A stretch of DNA of 64,000 bases from Candidatus Hermodarchaeota archaeon (GTDB lineage Archaea > Asgardarchaeota > Lokiarchaeia > Sigyniarchaeales > SOKP01). Numbering within the stretch: position 1 is the stretch's first letter; each line of letters starts with the position of its first letter. Shown piece after piece: positions 9,828 through 19,912 of the stretch. The position numbers and the translations under genes are program-made. The notes beneath the pieces were generated by a model, which was not told the origin of the DNA, did no database searches, and was given only the letters and a program-made list of their open reading frames with translations. Location of the stretch: positions 131,105-195,104 of the forward strand of contig JBHLLG010000001.1 in NCBI GenBank assembly GCA_048885925.1, in the 5' to 3' direction.

Positions 9828-10484
9828 TTAAATATTATAAGATACAATCCAAAAATACTTTAAAAATTGAATTTTAAGATTTTTTACTTTATTTTCAAGA
9901 ATATCACGTATTTCCTTCTTCGTGGGAAAATTTTTTAATATTTCATATTCTCGTCCATCCTCTAATTTCCTTATTTGATAAGTATTTCCATGAATATCCA
10001 TTCTGCTAATCGATATAGAACTTCTCTTTACATGTCGATTATCAATAAAAATAATAAGAGCATTTGGTTGAACTTTTGAATGAAATAATGTAATAAATTG
10101 TTTTAATTTAGATTTTGGTATATGAGACCACCAAAAACCAGCAAAACCAGCCGAAAAATTACCTTGAATTTTGTTTAATATATAAACATCATCTTGAATA
10201 AAGATTACCTTATTTGAAGGAATGCCACGATTTTTTGCTATTTGAAGTACCTCATCATTAATATCAACAGCAGTGATACATTTTGATACAATTGCGATAG
10301 TTTTTGTCCAATATCCCGTTCCACATGCGATCTCAAGAACTATATGATCTTTTAAAAGAGTTTTTAGCAATTTATGAAGTTTCTTAATATCTTTTTGACG
10401 TTCGGGTCTCAAATATGTCTTATCATATTCATAAGCCCTATCTGCATAATATTGCTTTATATTGTTATCAATTCTTCTAGCCAT
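9828..10484 (-). CDS. Class I SAM-dependent methyltransferase
   Basis: Motif I VLEIACGTGYWT, motif II AVD, GFWWSHIP. Confidence 0.88.
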   Translation of the reverse strand: MARRIDNNIKQYYADRAYEYDKTYLRPERQKDIKKLHKLLKTLLKDHIVLEIACGTGYWTKTIAIVSKCITAVDINDEVLQIAKNRGIPSNKVIFIQDDVYILNKIQGNFSAGFAGFWWSHIPKSKLKQFITLFHSKVQPNALIIFIDNRHVKRSSISISRMDIHGNTYQIRKLEDGREYEILKNFPTKKEIRDILENKVKNLKIQFLKYFWIVSYNI

Positions 10485-10656
10485 ATATATGCTATTCTAG
10501 TCAAATTGTAGTAATATATTTATTATATTATCTTATTTTGTAGTGTAATGAAATTCTCAAATTTATACAAATAAATCTTAATTTTTGAATAATATATATT
10601 GAACTATACCATAATTTTTTTTTAAGATTATTTCTAGATTTAATTAATTTTAGAGA

Positions 10657-13188
10657 GTGCAGAAAATGGATACAATATCAATAAATATTAATGGGACTAA
10701 AATTGAAGCTGAGAGAGGATCTACGATTTTAAAGGCATCTCAAAATGCCGGAATATATATCCCTAGTATTTGTGCGCATCCTGATTTGCCGGCATTGGTT
10801 GGTTTAAAGCCAAATGAGGAAATTTTCCAAGGAGATTCAAAATTCATAAATGATAATTCTCAAGAACATCAAGGATGTCAGCTTTGTATAGTGAAAGTAG
10901 AAGGGATTGAAGATTTAACAACTTCATGTAATAAAATTATTGAAGAGGGCATGGTAATCTCAACTGATACCCCCGAAATTCAAAATTTTCGCCGTGAAAA
11001 ATTAAAAAATATACTCTCGAAACATCCACATGCATGTTTAATGTGTGCACAACGCGAAGGTTGCCCTCGTGAGCCATGTTCACCGAATGTTCCAATAGAA
11101 GAAAGATGTTGTCCAATCTTAGGAAGATGTGAATTACAAAAGGTTGCAGAATATATTGGAATTCGAGAAGATACTCCACGGTATAAACCTCAAGGACGCA
11201 CTATTATTGACAACGACCCCCTCTTCATTAGAAATTACGAATTATGTATCGGATGTACTCGTTGTGTGAGAGTTTGTAAAGATGTTCGTGGTATTGAAGC
11301 TTTGGGATTTGTTTATTCAAATGGAGAAACTATAGTTGGAAGCCTAGCACCTACACTTAAAGAGTCAAGTTGTAAATTTTGTGGAGCCTGTGTCGAGGTT
11401 TGTCCAACAGGAGCACTTACAGATAAAGATATACTCTGGGCTGAAAGAGAAAAATTATTAGTTCCTTGCAAGGATGCTTGCCCAATAGGTATTGATGTGC
11501 CAAGATATATAAGATTAATAGCAGAAGGAAAATATGGTGAAGCAGCAGCAGTTATTCGCGAAAAAACACCTTTTCCTACAGTTCTTGGTAGGGTTTGTTT
11601 CCATGATTGTGAACTTGAATGTCGTCGAAATCAAATTAATGAATCTATAGCTATTTGCGCATTAAAGCGTTTTGCAATGGAACATGATAGTGAGTTATGG
11701 AGTTTAAAAGTAAAAATAGGATCTCCAACAGGTAAAAAGATAGCTATTGTAGGTTCTGGTCCTGCGGGTCTTACAGCAGCATATTATTTAAGAAGATTTG
11801 GGCATGCTGTTACTGTATTTGAAGCAAATTCTTATGTAGGAGGAATGTTAAGAGTAGGAATTCCGGAATATAGGTTGCCACGAGCAGCCCTTCAAAAAGA
11901 CCTTAACCATATTTTGAGTATAGGAATTGATATTCAAACTGATAAAGTCGTAGGAGAACATTTATCACTTGATAATTTGAAGAATCAAGGTTTCAATGCA
12001 ATGTTTTTGGCTATTGGTGCTCAAAATACGAAGAAGCTCGATATAGTAGGTTCAAATTTACCAAATATTCTTTGGGGTCTTGATTTCCTAAAGAGAGTTA
12101 ATCTTGGTGAGGAAGTTAAAATAACGGAGAATATAATTATTATTGGTGGAGGTAATGTAGCTATAGATGTAGCTTTAACAGCGCGACGATTAGGTGCAAA
12201 AAATATACAATTAATTTGTTTAGAATGCAGAGAAGAGATGCCTGCTCATGAATGGGAAATTCAAAAGGCAATAGATGAAGGGATAACATTAAACTGCTCA
12301 TGGGGTCCAAAAAGTATAGTTGATATGGATGGTAAAGTTTCTGAAGTAGAACTAATCCATTGTGATTCGGTATTTGATGATAACAAAATTTTTAATCCCA
12401 TTTTTGATGAAACCAAAACAAAATCTATTAAAACTGATATGGTTATAATGGCTATAGGACAAGTCCCAGATTTAACCCTTTTAGGAATTGAAAACAAAAT
12501 TAATCTCTCTCCATCGGGTTTAATTCAGACAAAAGAAAAAAGCTTAGAAACAAATATACCTGGGATTTTTGCTGGTGGTGAAGTTATAAATAGTCCCAGT
12601 TCTGTTGTTGATGCAATTAAAATGGGACGATTAGCAGCTTCTTCAATTGATAAGTATTTAGGAGGGAAAGGTGAAATTGAAGATATATTTATTGAAAGAG
12701 ATGTTCCTGATCTTTTCTTAGGACGAGATGAAAATTTTTACGATAAACCACGTGTTAAAATGCCATTATTATCATTAGAAGAATGTTTGAATAGTTTTGA
12801 GGAAATTGAACTAGGGTTTAACGAAAAATTAGCATTAGAAGAAGCAACCCGATGTTTAAGGTGTGATTTACGATTTAATATCTTACCTGCTGTACTTCCA
12901 CCCCAAAAATGGTTAGATTTGACTAGTGAGAATATTCGAAATGTACCTGAAATTGAAGGTGTGATTCAAATCTTGAATGAAAATCAAGAGATAATAATTA
13001 TACAAGGAACTACTAATTTACGTGTAGCGTTAGAAGAACAGCTAAAAATTAACCCAAAAGCTCGCTATTTTAACTTCAATGAAGATCCAATGTATACTAA
13101 ACGAGAGAGTGAACTACTTCAACAATTTATGCAAGAATTTGGAAGATTCCCGGAAGGGAATGAAGATCTTGATGATGAATTATTCTAA
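10657..13188 (+). CDS. bzdV: BzdV-like NAD(P)H:ferredoxin oxidoreductase: NuoG-like Fe-S N-terminus, GltD/SfrB-like flavoprotein, small C-terminal domain
   Basis: 2Fe-2S (IPSICAHP..CQLC..TSC), HxxxCxxC cluster, two CxxCxxCxxxC motifs, PCKDACP, GRVC, GSGPAG, GGGNVAID, EEATRCLRC. Confidence 0.78.
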   Translation: MQKMDTISININGTKIEAERGSTILKASQNAGIYIPSICAHPDLPALVGLKPNEEIFQGDSKFINDNSQEHQGCQLCIVKVEGIEDLTTSCNKIIEEGMVISTDTPEIQNFRREKLKNILSKHPHACLMCAQREGCPREPCSPNVPIEERCCPILGRCELQKVAEYIGIREDTPRYKPQGRTIIDNDPLFIRNYELCIGCTRCVRVCKDVRGIEALGFVYSNGETIVGSLAPTLKESSCKFCGACVEVCPTGALTDKDILWAEREKLLVPCKDACPIGIDVPRYIRLIAEGKYGEAAAVIREKTPFPTVLGRVCFHDCELECRRNQINESIAICALKRFAMEHDSELWSLKVKIGSPTGKKIAIVGSGPAGLTAAYYLRRFGHAVTVFEANSYVGGMLRVGIPEYRLPRAALQKDLNHILSIGIDIQTDKVVGEHLSLDNLKNQGFNAMFLAIGAQNTKKLDIVGSNLPNILWGLDFLKRVNLGEEVKITENIIIIGGGNVAIDVALTARRLGAKNIQLICLECREEMPAHEWEIQKAIDEGITLNCSWGPKSIVDMDGKVSEVELIHCDSVFDDNKIFNPIFDETKTKSIKTDMVIMAIGQVPDLTLLGIENKINLSPSGLIQTKEKSLETNIPGIFAGGEVINSPSSVVDAIKMGRLAASSIDKYLGGKGEIEDIFIERDVPDLFLGRDENFYDKPRVKMPLLSLEECLNSFEEIELGFNEKLALEEATRCLRCDLRFNILPAVLPPQKWLDLTSENIRNVPEIEGVIQILNENQEIIIIQGTTNLRVALEEQLKINPKARYFNFNEDPMYTKRESELLQQFMQEFGRFPEGNEDLDDELF

Positions 13189-13200
13189 AATTTAGATTTT

Positions 13201-15840
13201 CTATTCATTTATTTTTGGAAGCGAAAAATAGAATGTTGAACCCTTATTTATTCCCCCTGATTCTACCCAAATTCTTCCACCATGTAGATCAATAATCTTT
13301 TTAGCAATATGTAAACCTAAACCAGAACCTTCGGTAATAATATCAAATCCCTGACCATAGCGTTCTATTTTTCCGAATTGAGTAAATAATCTTTTTATTT
13401 GTTCTTCTGTGAATCCAATACCATTATCTTGGATTGCAATTGTTATGAAATTGTCCTCAATTATAGATTTGACTCCTATTATCCCATTTAGTGGGGTATA
13501 TTTGATTGCATTAGTTATAAGATTATTAATTACATGACGTATCTGTTCTTTGTCAAAATTAATTATTAAATTATCATTTATATCTACTATAATTGAATGT
13601 CCTCTTAATTTAGCAAAACTCCTTAATTCTTTCACACTTAACTCAATTAGAGAAGATAAATTATTTCTAACCATATTTAATTCACCTTCACCTGAGTCTA
13701 ATTCAGCTTTGTGCATGATATCATAAATTAGGGTTTCTAGACGGAGAACGCCTTTTTTGATATGACTAATTATTTGTAGTTCATCAATACCGAGGTTATC
13801 TTTATAATTTTGTAATAATAAATCAGCATATCCTTTAATATGCATAACTGGTGTTTTTAACTCATGAGATGTTCGAGTAAGAAGCTCAGATTTTAATTTA
13901 CTTAGCCTTTTCAATTCTTTTTCTGCTTTTTTACGATCCGTAATATCCTCTCCTGAACTTAATGTTCCACTAATATTACCGTTCTTATCATATAACGTAG
14001 TATTATGCCAGGCAATGATTCTCTCCTGACCTTCCTTAGTTATTATAGGATTTATGAAAAATTCAACTGATTCTAAATCTCCATTTATTATTTGTTTAAA
14101 GATACCAGAAATTTCTTCTTTTAATCTTGGAGGAATGCAATTTTCAAACCAGTTTAACCCTATTAATTCACCCTCTTCATAATTGAGTATTTCAAAACCT
14201 TTTTTATTTAGTAACGTTATTATGCCATCTCTATTTAACGCTATTAGAATAACTCCTGCTAAATTTAAATATGTGTCTGCTTGTTCACGTGCCCTTTTTA
14301 TTTTTTCTACCGCTTTTTTTCTTTGAGTAATATCATGAAGGATCACTAACTTTGAAAATGTTCCATCTGCTCTCTTTATAGGTGTTGCTATGATTTCGTA
14401 AAATTTGTTAGTTACCAGACTATCCCACTCCCATCTAATAGATCCATATGTAATGTTTTGTAGCGTTTTACACCATGGACATGGTTTTGATATATTTTGA
14501 AAATATTCATAACATTTTTTATTTTCAGATGAACCAAATGCGTTTTTAAGGGAAGGATTTACGAATTCAATTTCGTAATTATTATTGATAATGTAAACAC
14601 CATCTTCCATTGAATTTAACATATTAAGGAGATTATCTCTTTCATCTTTTAATCTTTCCTCAGATTCTCTTAATTTAATCTCTGCTTGCTTTGATTCAGT
14701 AATATCTTTTACAATTGCTTGAATTAATATTTTATCTTTTAAGTGCACTGCAGAACTATGCCAGTATAACCATCGTTTTTCACCATCTTGTCTTACTATT
14801 TCTATCTCCACTGGTTTGAGTTCTTTTCCTTTTGATCGGTCTTCTGCTCTTTTTTTAAATATTTGTAGTAGTTCATTTGAATTTTTGAATAAACTAATTA
14901 TTTCTGTAAAGTTCTTTCCATAACTAAGTTTAGAAGGAAATCCAGAAAATGAAGTAGAAGCTGATGTATTACCCTCAAGTAAATTTCCATTCTCATCAAA
15001 TAGGAAAATACCAAGAGGAGAATTATTAAACAAATTATGATATTTTTCTTCAGAATCTTTTAATTTTTGTTCTGCAATTTTTTTATTAGTAACATTTTGA
15101 AGCGTAAAAACTAATCCTTCTACTACTTCAGTATCATTTTTAATAGGAATTAAACTCCAATCCCAATAAGTTATCCCTCTTTCTGGATGTTCTGCGTACT
15201 CAAATGATTTAGCATATGCAAAATAAGGCTCACCTGTTTCTACAACCTTCCGAAAAATCTCTTCATTCTCTTTATTTGGATACAAATCAAAATGATTTTT
15301 ACCAGGAAAGTAGGATTCATCTTTATCATCAGCCTTAGCATAAGCGCGATTAACTTTAACAAAATTAAATTGAGAATCTAAGTATGCTACCAACATATGA
15401 GTATGATCCAAAATAGCTTTTAAAATTTGGTCTGCTTTTCTCTGCTCAGTAATATCTCTAACAAATATTGCGACATGATCCTTTGAGAAGTAAAGATTTC
15501 TAGCTTCATAGTGATGAATGACATTATTTATAGGAAGTGAATATTCAATTATAGTTGGTTTCTTTGTTTCTAAAGTCTTTTTAATTGCACCATAATATTT
15601 TTCAGATACATCCCTGGGAAGAGTCTCTTTAATTTTTTTTCCGAGGAACATTTCGGGAGTCAAAAAAAGAATATCCTCATTTCCTTTGAAATCTAAATGC
15701 CTCCCTTCACTATCTACGAGGAAATACAAATCAGGAATTGCTTCGAAAATTCTCTGAAACTTCTTAATTGATGCTTTTGAATTTTTGGTCCCATACATTT
15801 CATTAGCGACATTTTTGTTAAATTCTGACAAAATAATCAC
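13201..15840 (-). CDS. Cytoplasmic multi-PAS sensor histidine kinase
   Basis: About five PAS/PAC repeats ending in DIT-like motifs; H-box SHELKTP; N-box NLITNAIKY; DNGIG; GSGLGL. Confidence 0.93.
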   Translation of the reverse strand: MIILSEFNKNVANEMYGTKNSKASIKKFQRIFEAIPDLYFLVDSEGRHLDFKGNEDILFLTPEMFLGKKIKETLPRDVSEKYYGAIKKTLETKKPTIIEYSLPINNVIHHYEARNLYFSKDHVAIFVRDITEQRKADQILKAILDHTHMLVAYLDSQFNFVKVNRAYAKADDKDESYFPGKNHFDLYPNKENEEIFRKVVETGEPYFAYAKSFEYAEHPERGITYWDWSLIPIKNDTEVVEGLVFTLQNVTNKKIAEQKLKDSEEKYHNLFNNSPLGIFLFDENGNLLEGNTSASTSFSGFPSKLSYGKNFTEIISLFKNSNELLQIFKKRAEDRSKGKELKPVEIEIVRQDGEKRWLYWHSSAVHLKDKILIQAIVKDITESKQAEIKLRESEERLKDERDNLLNMLNSMEDGVYIINNNYEIEFVNPSLKNAFGSSENKKCYEYFQNISKPCPWCKTLQNITYGSIRWEWDSLVTNKFYEIIATPIKRADGTFSKLVILHDITQRKKAVEKIKRAREQADTYLNLAGVILIALNRDGIITLLNKKGFEILNYEEGELIGLNWFENCIPPRLKEEISGIFKQIINGDLESVEFFINPIITKEGQERIIAWHNTTLYDKNGNISGTLSSGEDITDRKKAEKELKRLSKLKSELLTRTSHELKTPVMHIKGYADLLLQNYKDNLGIDELQIISHIKKGVLRLETLIYDIMHKAELDSGEGELNMVRNNLSSLIELSVKELRSFAKLRGHSIIVDINDNLIINFDKEQIRHVINNLITNAIKYTPLNGIIGVKSIIEDNFITIAIQDNGIGFTEEQIKRLFTQFGKIERYGQGFDIITEGSGLGLHIAKKIIDLHGGRIWVESGGINKGSTFYFSLPKINE

Positions 15841-16006
15841 ATTCTCTTGGATATTAATATTCTAAAAACTAAATTTTCAAACGACAATAAAAATATAATT
15901 TAAGAATTATTATTTATTCCTTTTTACAAAAAGATATAAAAGAATTTTATTGTAAAAATAACGAAACACTAAAAATTGAACTTAAGCTAAAAGAATATAT
16001 CTTTTT

Positions 16007-17200
16007 TTAATTTTCATTCAATTTTTCCTTTAAAGCATTAGTCAATAAGGGCAAAACTTCGCAAAGATCTCCAATAATTCCATAATTTGCCACATTAAAA
16101 ATTGGAGCATCTGGATCTTTATTAATTGCGATTATTATATCGCTGCTTTTCATTCCAACTAAGTGTTGGATCGTCCCTGATATACCACATGCAATATAAA
16201 TTTTTGGGGAAACAGTATTTCCACTCTGTCCTACTTGTTGTGATTTCGGAATCCACCCTAAATCTACAGCAGCTCTGCTTGCTCCTACAGCAGCATTTAA
16301 TACGCTAGCTAAATTCTCAATTAATTTAAAATTTTCCTTACTTCCTACACCTCGTCCACCAGATACAATAGTATCTGCCTCACAAACCGGGATACCACAT
16401 TCACCACTAGTTCCCTTGATTATTTCTTTTGTCTTTACTCTTAAACTTTGAAGATCTATCGTTATAGGTACTTCAATGATTTCAGCATTATTATTTTCTT
16501 GAATTGGTGCCATTTCCATAACATTAGGTCTAACAGTCGCCATTTGAGGACGTGTTGAAGGACAAATAATATCTGCCATAATATTTCCACCGAATGCTGG
16601 TCGTGTCTGTAATAGTAACCCATCTCTTATAGATAATCCAGTACAATCAGCAGTAAGTCCTAATTGAAGAGTGGCAGCCACTCTTGGTGCTAAATCTCTT
16701 CCATTTATAGTTGCTGGATATAATACAATATTTGGGTCATATTTTGCAATTATACCTGTGATAACAGAGGAATATGTTTCAGTATAATAATCCTTAAGTG
16801 CTTCATGTTCGGCAATATAAATTTTGTTAGCACCACGTTTTGAAAATTCTGGAGCAAATATTTTAACATTATCTCCTATAAGTACCACACACACTTTTTG
16901 TTTCAATTCAGTTGCCAGTTCTTTTGCTTTACCTAATAATTCAAAAGATACATTTCTGACCCTATTATCTTTTGTTTCAGCAATAATCCACACATCTTGA
17001 AATTGTGATAAATCAACTTCCTCCCTTTTCTTCCTTTGAATCTTGATTGCTTCCACATTGCACTGATCCACACATGCACCACAAAGAGTACACTCATCTC
17101 CAATAATAGCAATTTTTTCTACAATTGTTATTGCCCCAAATGGACATGCTTTTTCACAAAGTCCACATCCAGTACATTTATCCTTATCTACATTTATCAA
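16007..17200 (-). CDS. etfA: Electron transfer flavoprotein alpha subunit with N-terminal 2[4Fe-4S] ferredoxin domain
   Basis: CTGCGLCEKACP and CTLCGACVDQC, then GLTADCT, TRPAFGGN, VSGGRG, QVGQSG, GISGTIQH. Confidence 0.93.
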   Translation of the reverse strand: MINVDKDKCTGCGLCEKACPFGAITIVEKIAIIGDECTLCGACVDQCNVEAIKIQRKKREEVDLSQFQDVWIIAETKDNRVRNVSFELLGKAKELATELKQKVCVVLIGDNVKIFAPEFSKRGANKIYIAEHEALKDYYTETYSSVITGIIAKYDPNIVLYPATINGRDLAPRVAATLQLGLTADCTGLSIRDGLLLQTRPAFGGNIMADIICPSTRPQMATVRPNVMEMAPIQENNNAEIIEVPITIDLQSLRVKTKEIIKGTSGECGIPVCEADTIVSGGRGVGSKENFKLIENLASVLNAAVGASRAAVDLGWIPKSQQVGQSGNTVSPKIYIACGISGTIQHLVGMKSSDIIIAINKDPDAPIFNVANYGIIGDLCEVLPLLTNALKEKLNEN

Positions 17201-17201
17201 T

Positions 17202-17990
17202 CTAAAGCACCTTATCCTTAGTTAATAATTCGATTAATTTTTGAACCGCAGCTTCAGATGACTCCTCTTTAATAACAACACCTTGTTGTCTTGCTGGGGG
17301 GGAATAAACTTTAATGACTTCGGTTAATGAGCCATTTAATCCATAATCTTCCTTATTACCCCCCAGTTCATCAGCATCCCATGTAGAAAATGGCTTTTTA
17401 TTAGCTTTCATTATATTCATCATGGGAGGGTTAGTTGGTTCAAACGAAGACGGGGTTATTCCTGTTATTAGCACTGGAAGTCTTACTTCTACAATTTTGT
17501 ACCCATCATCTGTTTGAACTTTTGCAGTTAATTTTTTACCTTCTAATTTTTCAACACTTTCAACATGAGTTATCTGAGGAATACCTAACTGAGCTGCAAT
17601 TTCAGGCCCTACTTGAGCAGTGTCTCCATCTATTGCTTGTAAACCACAGAATATCATATTATAATCTCCAATTTTTTTGATACTTTGAACAAGAGTATAA
17701 GACGTTGCCCAAGTATCAGCACCAGCAAAAACCTTATCACTTAGCAGGATTGCTTTATCTGCACCTAATGCTAAACACTTCAATAATGCTTTTTTAGCTT
17801 GAGTTGGACCCATAGAAATAACAATAATCTCGTCACCTTCTTTTTTGATTTTGATTGCTTCTTCAAGTGCAAATTGATCAAAGGGATTTAGTATACTAGG
17901 GACTCCCTCTCTTATTAGAGTGTTTGTTTCAGGGTCAATTTTAACTTCAGTTGTATCGGGAACTTGTTTTACACATACAATAAATCTCAT
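17202..17990 (-). CDS. etfB: Electron transfer flavoprotein beta subunit
   Basis: VCVKQVPDT, NPFD, GADTWAT, DGDTAQVGP. Confidence 0.95.
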   Translation of the reverse strand: MRFIVCVKQVPDTTEVKIDPETNTLIREGVPSILNPFDQFALEEAIKIKKEGDEIIVISMGPTQAKKALLKCLALGADKAILLSDKVFAGADTWATSYTLVQSIKKIGDYNMIFCGLQAIDGDTAQVGPEIAAQLGIPQITHVESVEKLEGKKLTAKVQTDDGYKIVEVRLPVLITGITPSSFEPTNPPMMNIMKANKKPFSTWDADELGGNKEDYGLNGSLTEVIKVYSPPARQQGVVIKEESSEAAVQKLIELLTKDKVL

Positions 17991-18079
17991 GGTCTCATCA
18001 ATATTTAACTAGGATTCTATATTCAATCTCAATCTTTTAAGAGTTAAATAAAGATATTAAAAATATAAAAAAAAGTTAA

Positions 18080-19264
18080 TTAATATTGTTTCTTACCAAG
18101 TAGCTCTCTCGCTACAATCATTTTCATAACTTCAGAACTGCCTTCTGCAAGTGAGAATGATCTGACTGCTCTCCATGCAGCTTGGTCAGGGCACTCTCGT
18201 GAATATCCAAACGCACCTTGCCATTGCATAACATCATTTATTGCATTACAAGCCCATTCAGAACAGAACATTTTTCCCATAGCAACAATTTTACTGGTTT
18301 CAAATCTGCTTGCTTTCCCTTGCTGTTCTAAGTCAATAGTCTTTAATGCTCTATAACCCCAATCTCTTAGCATATTTAATCTAGTATAGTGTTCAGAGAG
18401 CTTAAAATTAATTCCTTGATATTGTGATAATGATTTTCCAAATGATTTTCTTTCCTTGATATAATTCATTCCATTTTCTAAAGATTTTAAACCTGCGGAA
18501 GCGCATATAACTGTAATTAATGCCCTTGCGTATTCATATCCCTCATGTAAAATATAGAATCCTTTGTTTTCTTCACCGATTATGTAATGCTTAGGGATCT
18601 TTACATTGTCAATTGAAAAACCTCCACACGATATTCCTTCTCGTCCTAAATCAGCAATATATGTAGGAGTAATCCCTTCAGCGGTTAAAGGTAAATAGAA
18701 ACAAGTCATTCCCCTCGTTCCTTTTTCTGGGGTCTGATGAGCAATGGTAACATGACCACCACCATGAGTTACAGCTTCTCGAACTCCACTGATATACATT
18801 TTCTCACCATTTACCACAAATCCATCCCCATCTGGCTTTATTGTTGTCTTGATACCACCAACATCAGAGCCGGCATCGCTTTCAGTTGTAGCTATTCCAA
18901 GAAACCATTCTCCTAAGACTGTTTTTGGAAAAATTTCTTGCTTTGCTTCTTCTGTTCCATATTTGTTCAAAAGGAAACCCCAAGATGCTGGAACTAAGTA
19001 ATATACACACGTAGAGCCTGTACAATCTGCTCGTGCCAGTTCTTCAGCAATTACACCAGCACTTACAGCGTCTAAACCGGGTCCTCCATATTTTTCATCA
19101 GCTGTACATGTCATTAGTCCTAATTCAGCCATTCCTTTAACGACATCTCTTGGAATTTCTTTAGTTTCTTCCATTTTAAGAGCAATCGGCGCTATTTTAC
19201 TCTGAGCGAATTCTCTTACGGATTCTCTAATCATTTCTTGCTCTTCAGTAAATTTAATACTCAT
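18080..19264 (-). CDS. Acyl-CoA dehydrogenase, possibly cyclohexane/cyclohexene-carboxyl-CoA type
   Basis: TESDAGSD, NGEKMYISG, ERKSFGK, GAFGY, AEGSSE; GYEYARALI recalls AliB/ChcA-type enzymes, so specificity is tentative. Confidence 0.88.
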   Translation of the reverse strand: MSIKFTEEQEMIRESVREFAQSKIAPIALKMEETKEIPRDVVKGMAELGLMTCTADEKYGGPGLDAVSAGVIAEELARADCTGSTCVYYLVPASWGFLLNKYGTEEAKQEIFPKTVLGEWFLGIATTESDAGSDVGGIKTTIKPDGDGFVVNGEKMYISGVREAVTHGGGHVTIAHQTPEKGTRGMTCFYLPLTAEGITPTYIADLGREGISCGGFSIDNVKIPKHYIIGEENKGFYILHEGYEYARALITVICASAGLKSLENGMNYIKERKSFGKSLSQYQGINFKLSEHYTRLNMLRDWGYRALKTIDLEQQGKASRFETSKIVAMGKMFCSEWACNAINDVMQWQGAFGYSRECPDQAAWRAVRSFSLAEGSSEVMKMIVARELLGKKQY

Positions 19265-19400
19265 AATTCTTACCTCATTGTTAATAATTTAACTGTATAC
19301 CTTTAAATTACGTAAAATTCTTAAGGTTTATCATTCAGTTAAAATATCGAATTAATTGGGAATAAAATGGGACTAATGAATAAAAAGACAGAAACCAACT

Positions 19401-19808
19401 CTACTGTTCTACGATTGTAAAGCCTGTTTTTTTTAAAAGATTTAGAGCTTCTTCTATTATTGTATCATCAACTCGTAAAATAAGCATAGATTCGTCTTTA
19501 ACTAATGTAGAATAAAAATAATCAATATTAATTTCATTATCTCCTAATGTTTTAGGTATCTCATACAATGCATTTGGATGATCATTCAACCGTACGGCAA
19601 TGACCTGTGTGGTTGATAATATAAAATCCCTTTCCTCCAATAGATCAATACATTTTTCTGGTTTATCTACTAAAATCAAAATCAAACCATAATCACTTGT
19701 TTTTGCTACAGTTAAAGCTCGTATAAAGATCTTATTATCCATAAGAAGTTTTATGAAGTTTGCAAGCTCACCAGGTCGATCCTCGAGATATACACTAAGC
19801 TGAATCAT
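19401..19808 (-). CDS. Tandem ACT domain protein
   Basis: QLSVYLEDRPGEL and HPNALYEI..LGDNEINIDYFY duplicated ACT pattern. Confidence 0.88.
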   Translation of the reverse strand: MIQLSVYLEDRPGELANFIKLLMDNKIFIRALTVAKTSDYGLILILVDKPEKCIDLLEERDFILSTTQVIAVRLNDHPNALYEIPKTLGDNEINIDYFYSTLVKDESMLILRVDDTIIEEALNLLKKTGFTIVEQ

Positions 19809-19912
19809 TTTTAAAATTTTTTTGAAATTAAATTGATGTTAATTTTTAATATTCCCTTTTTTTTAAACTTAGTAAAAAAATTATTATGAATAAGTGATCT
19901 TAAATTAAACTG

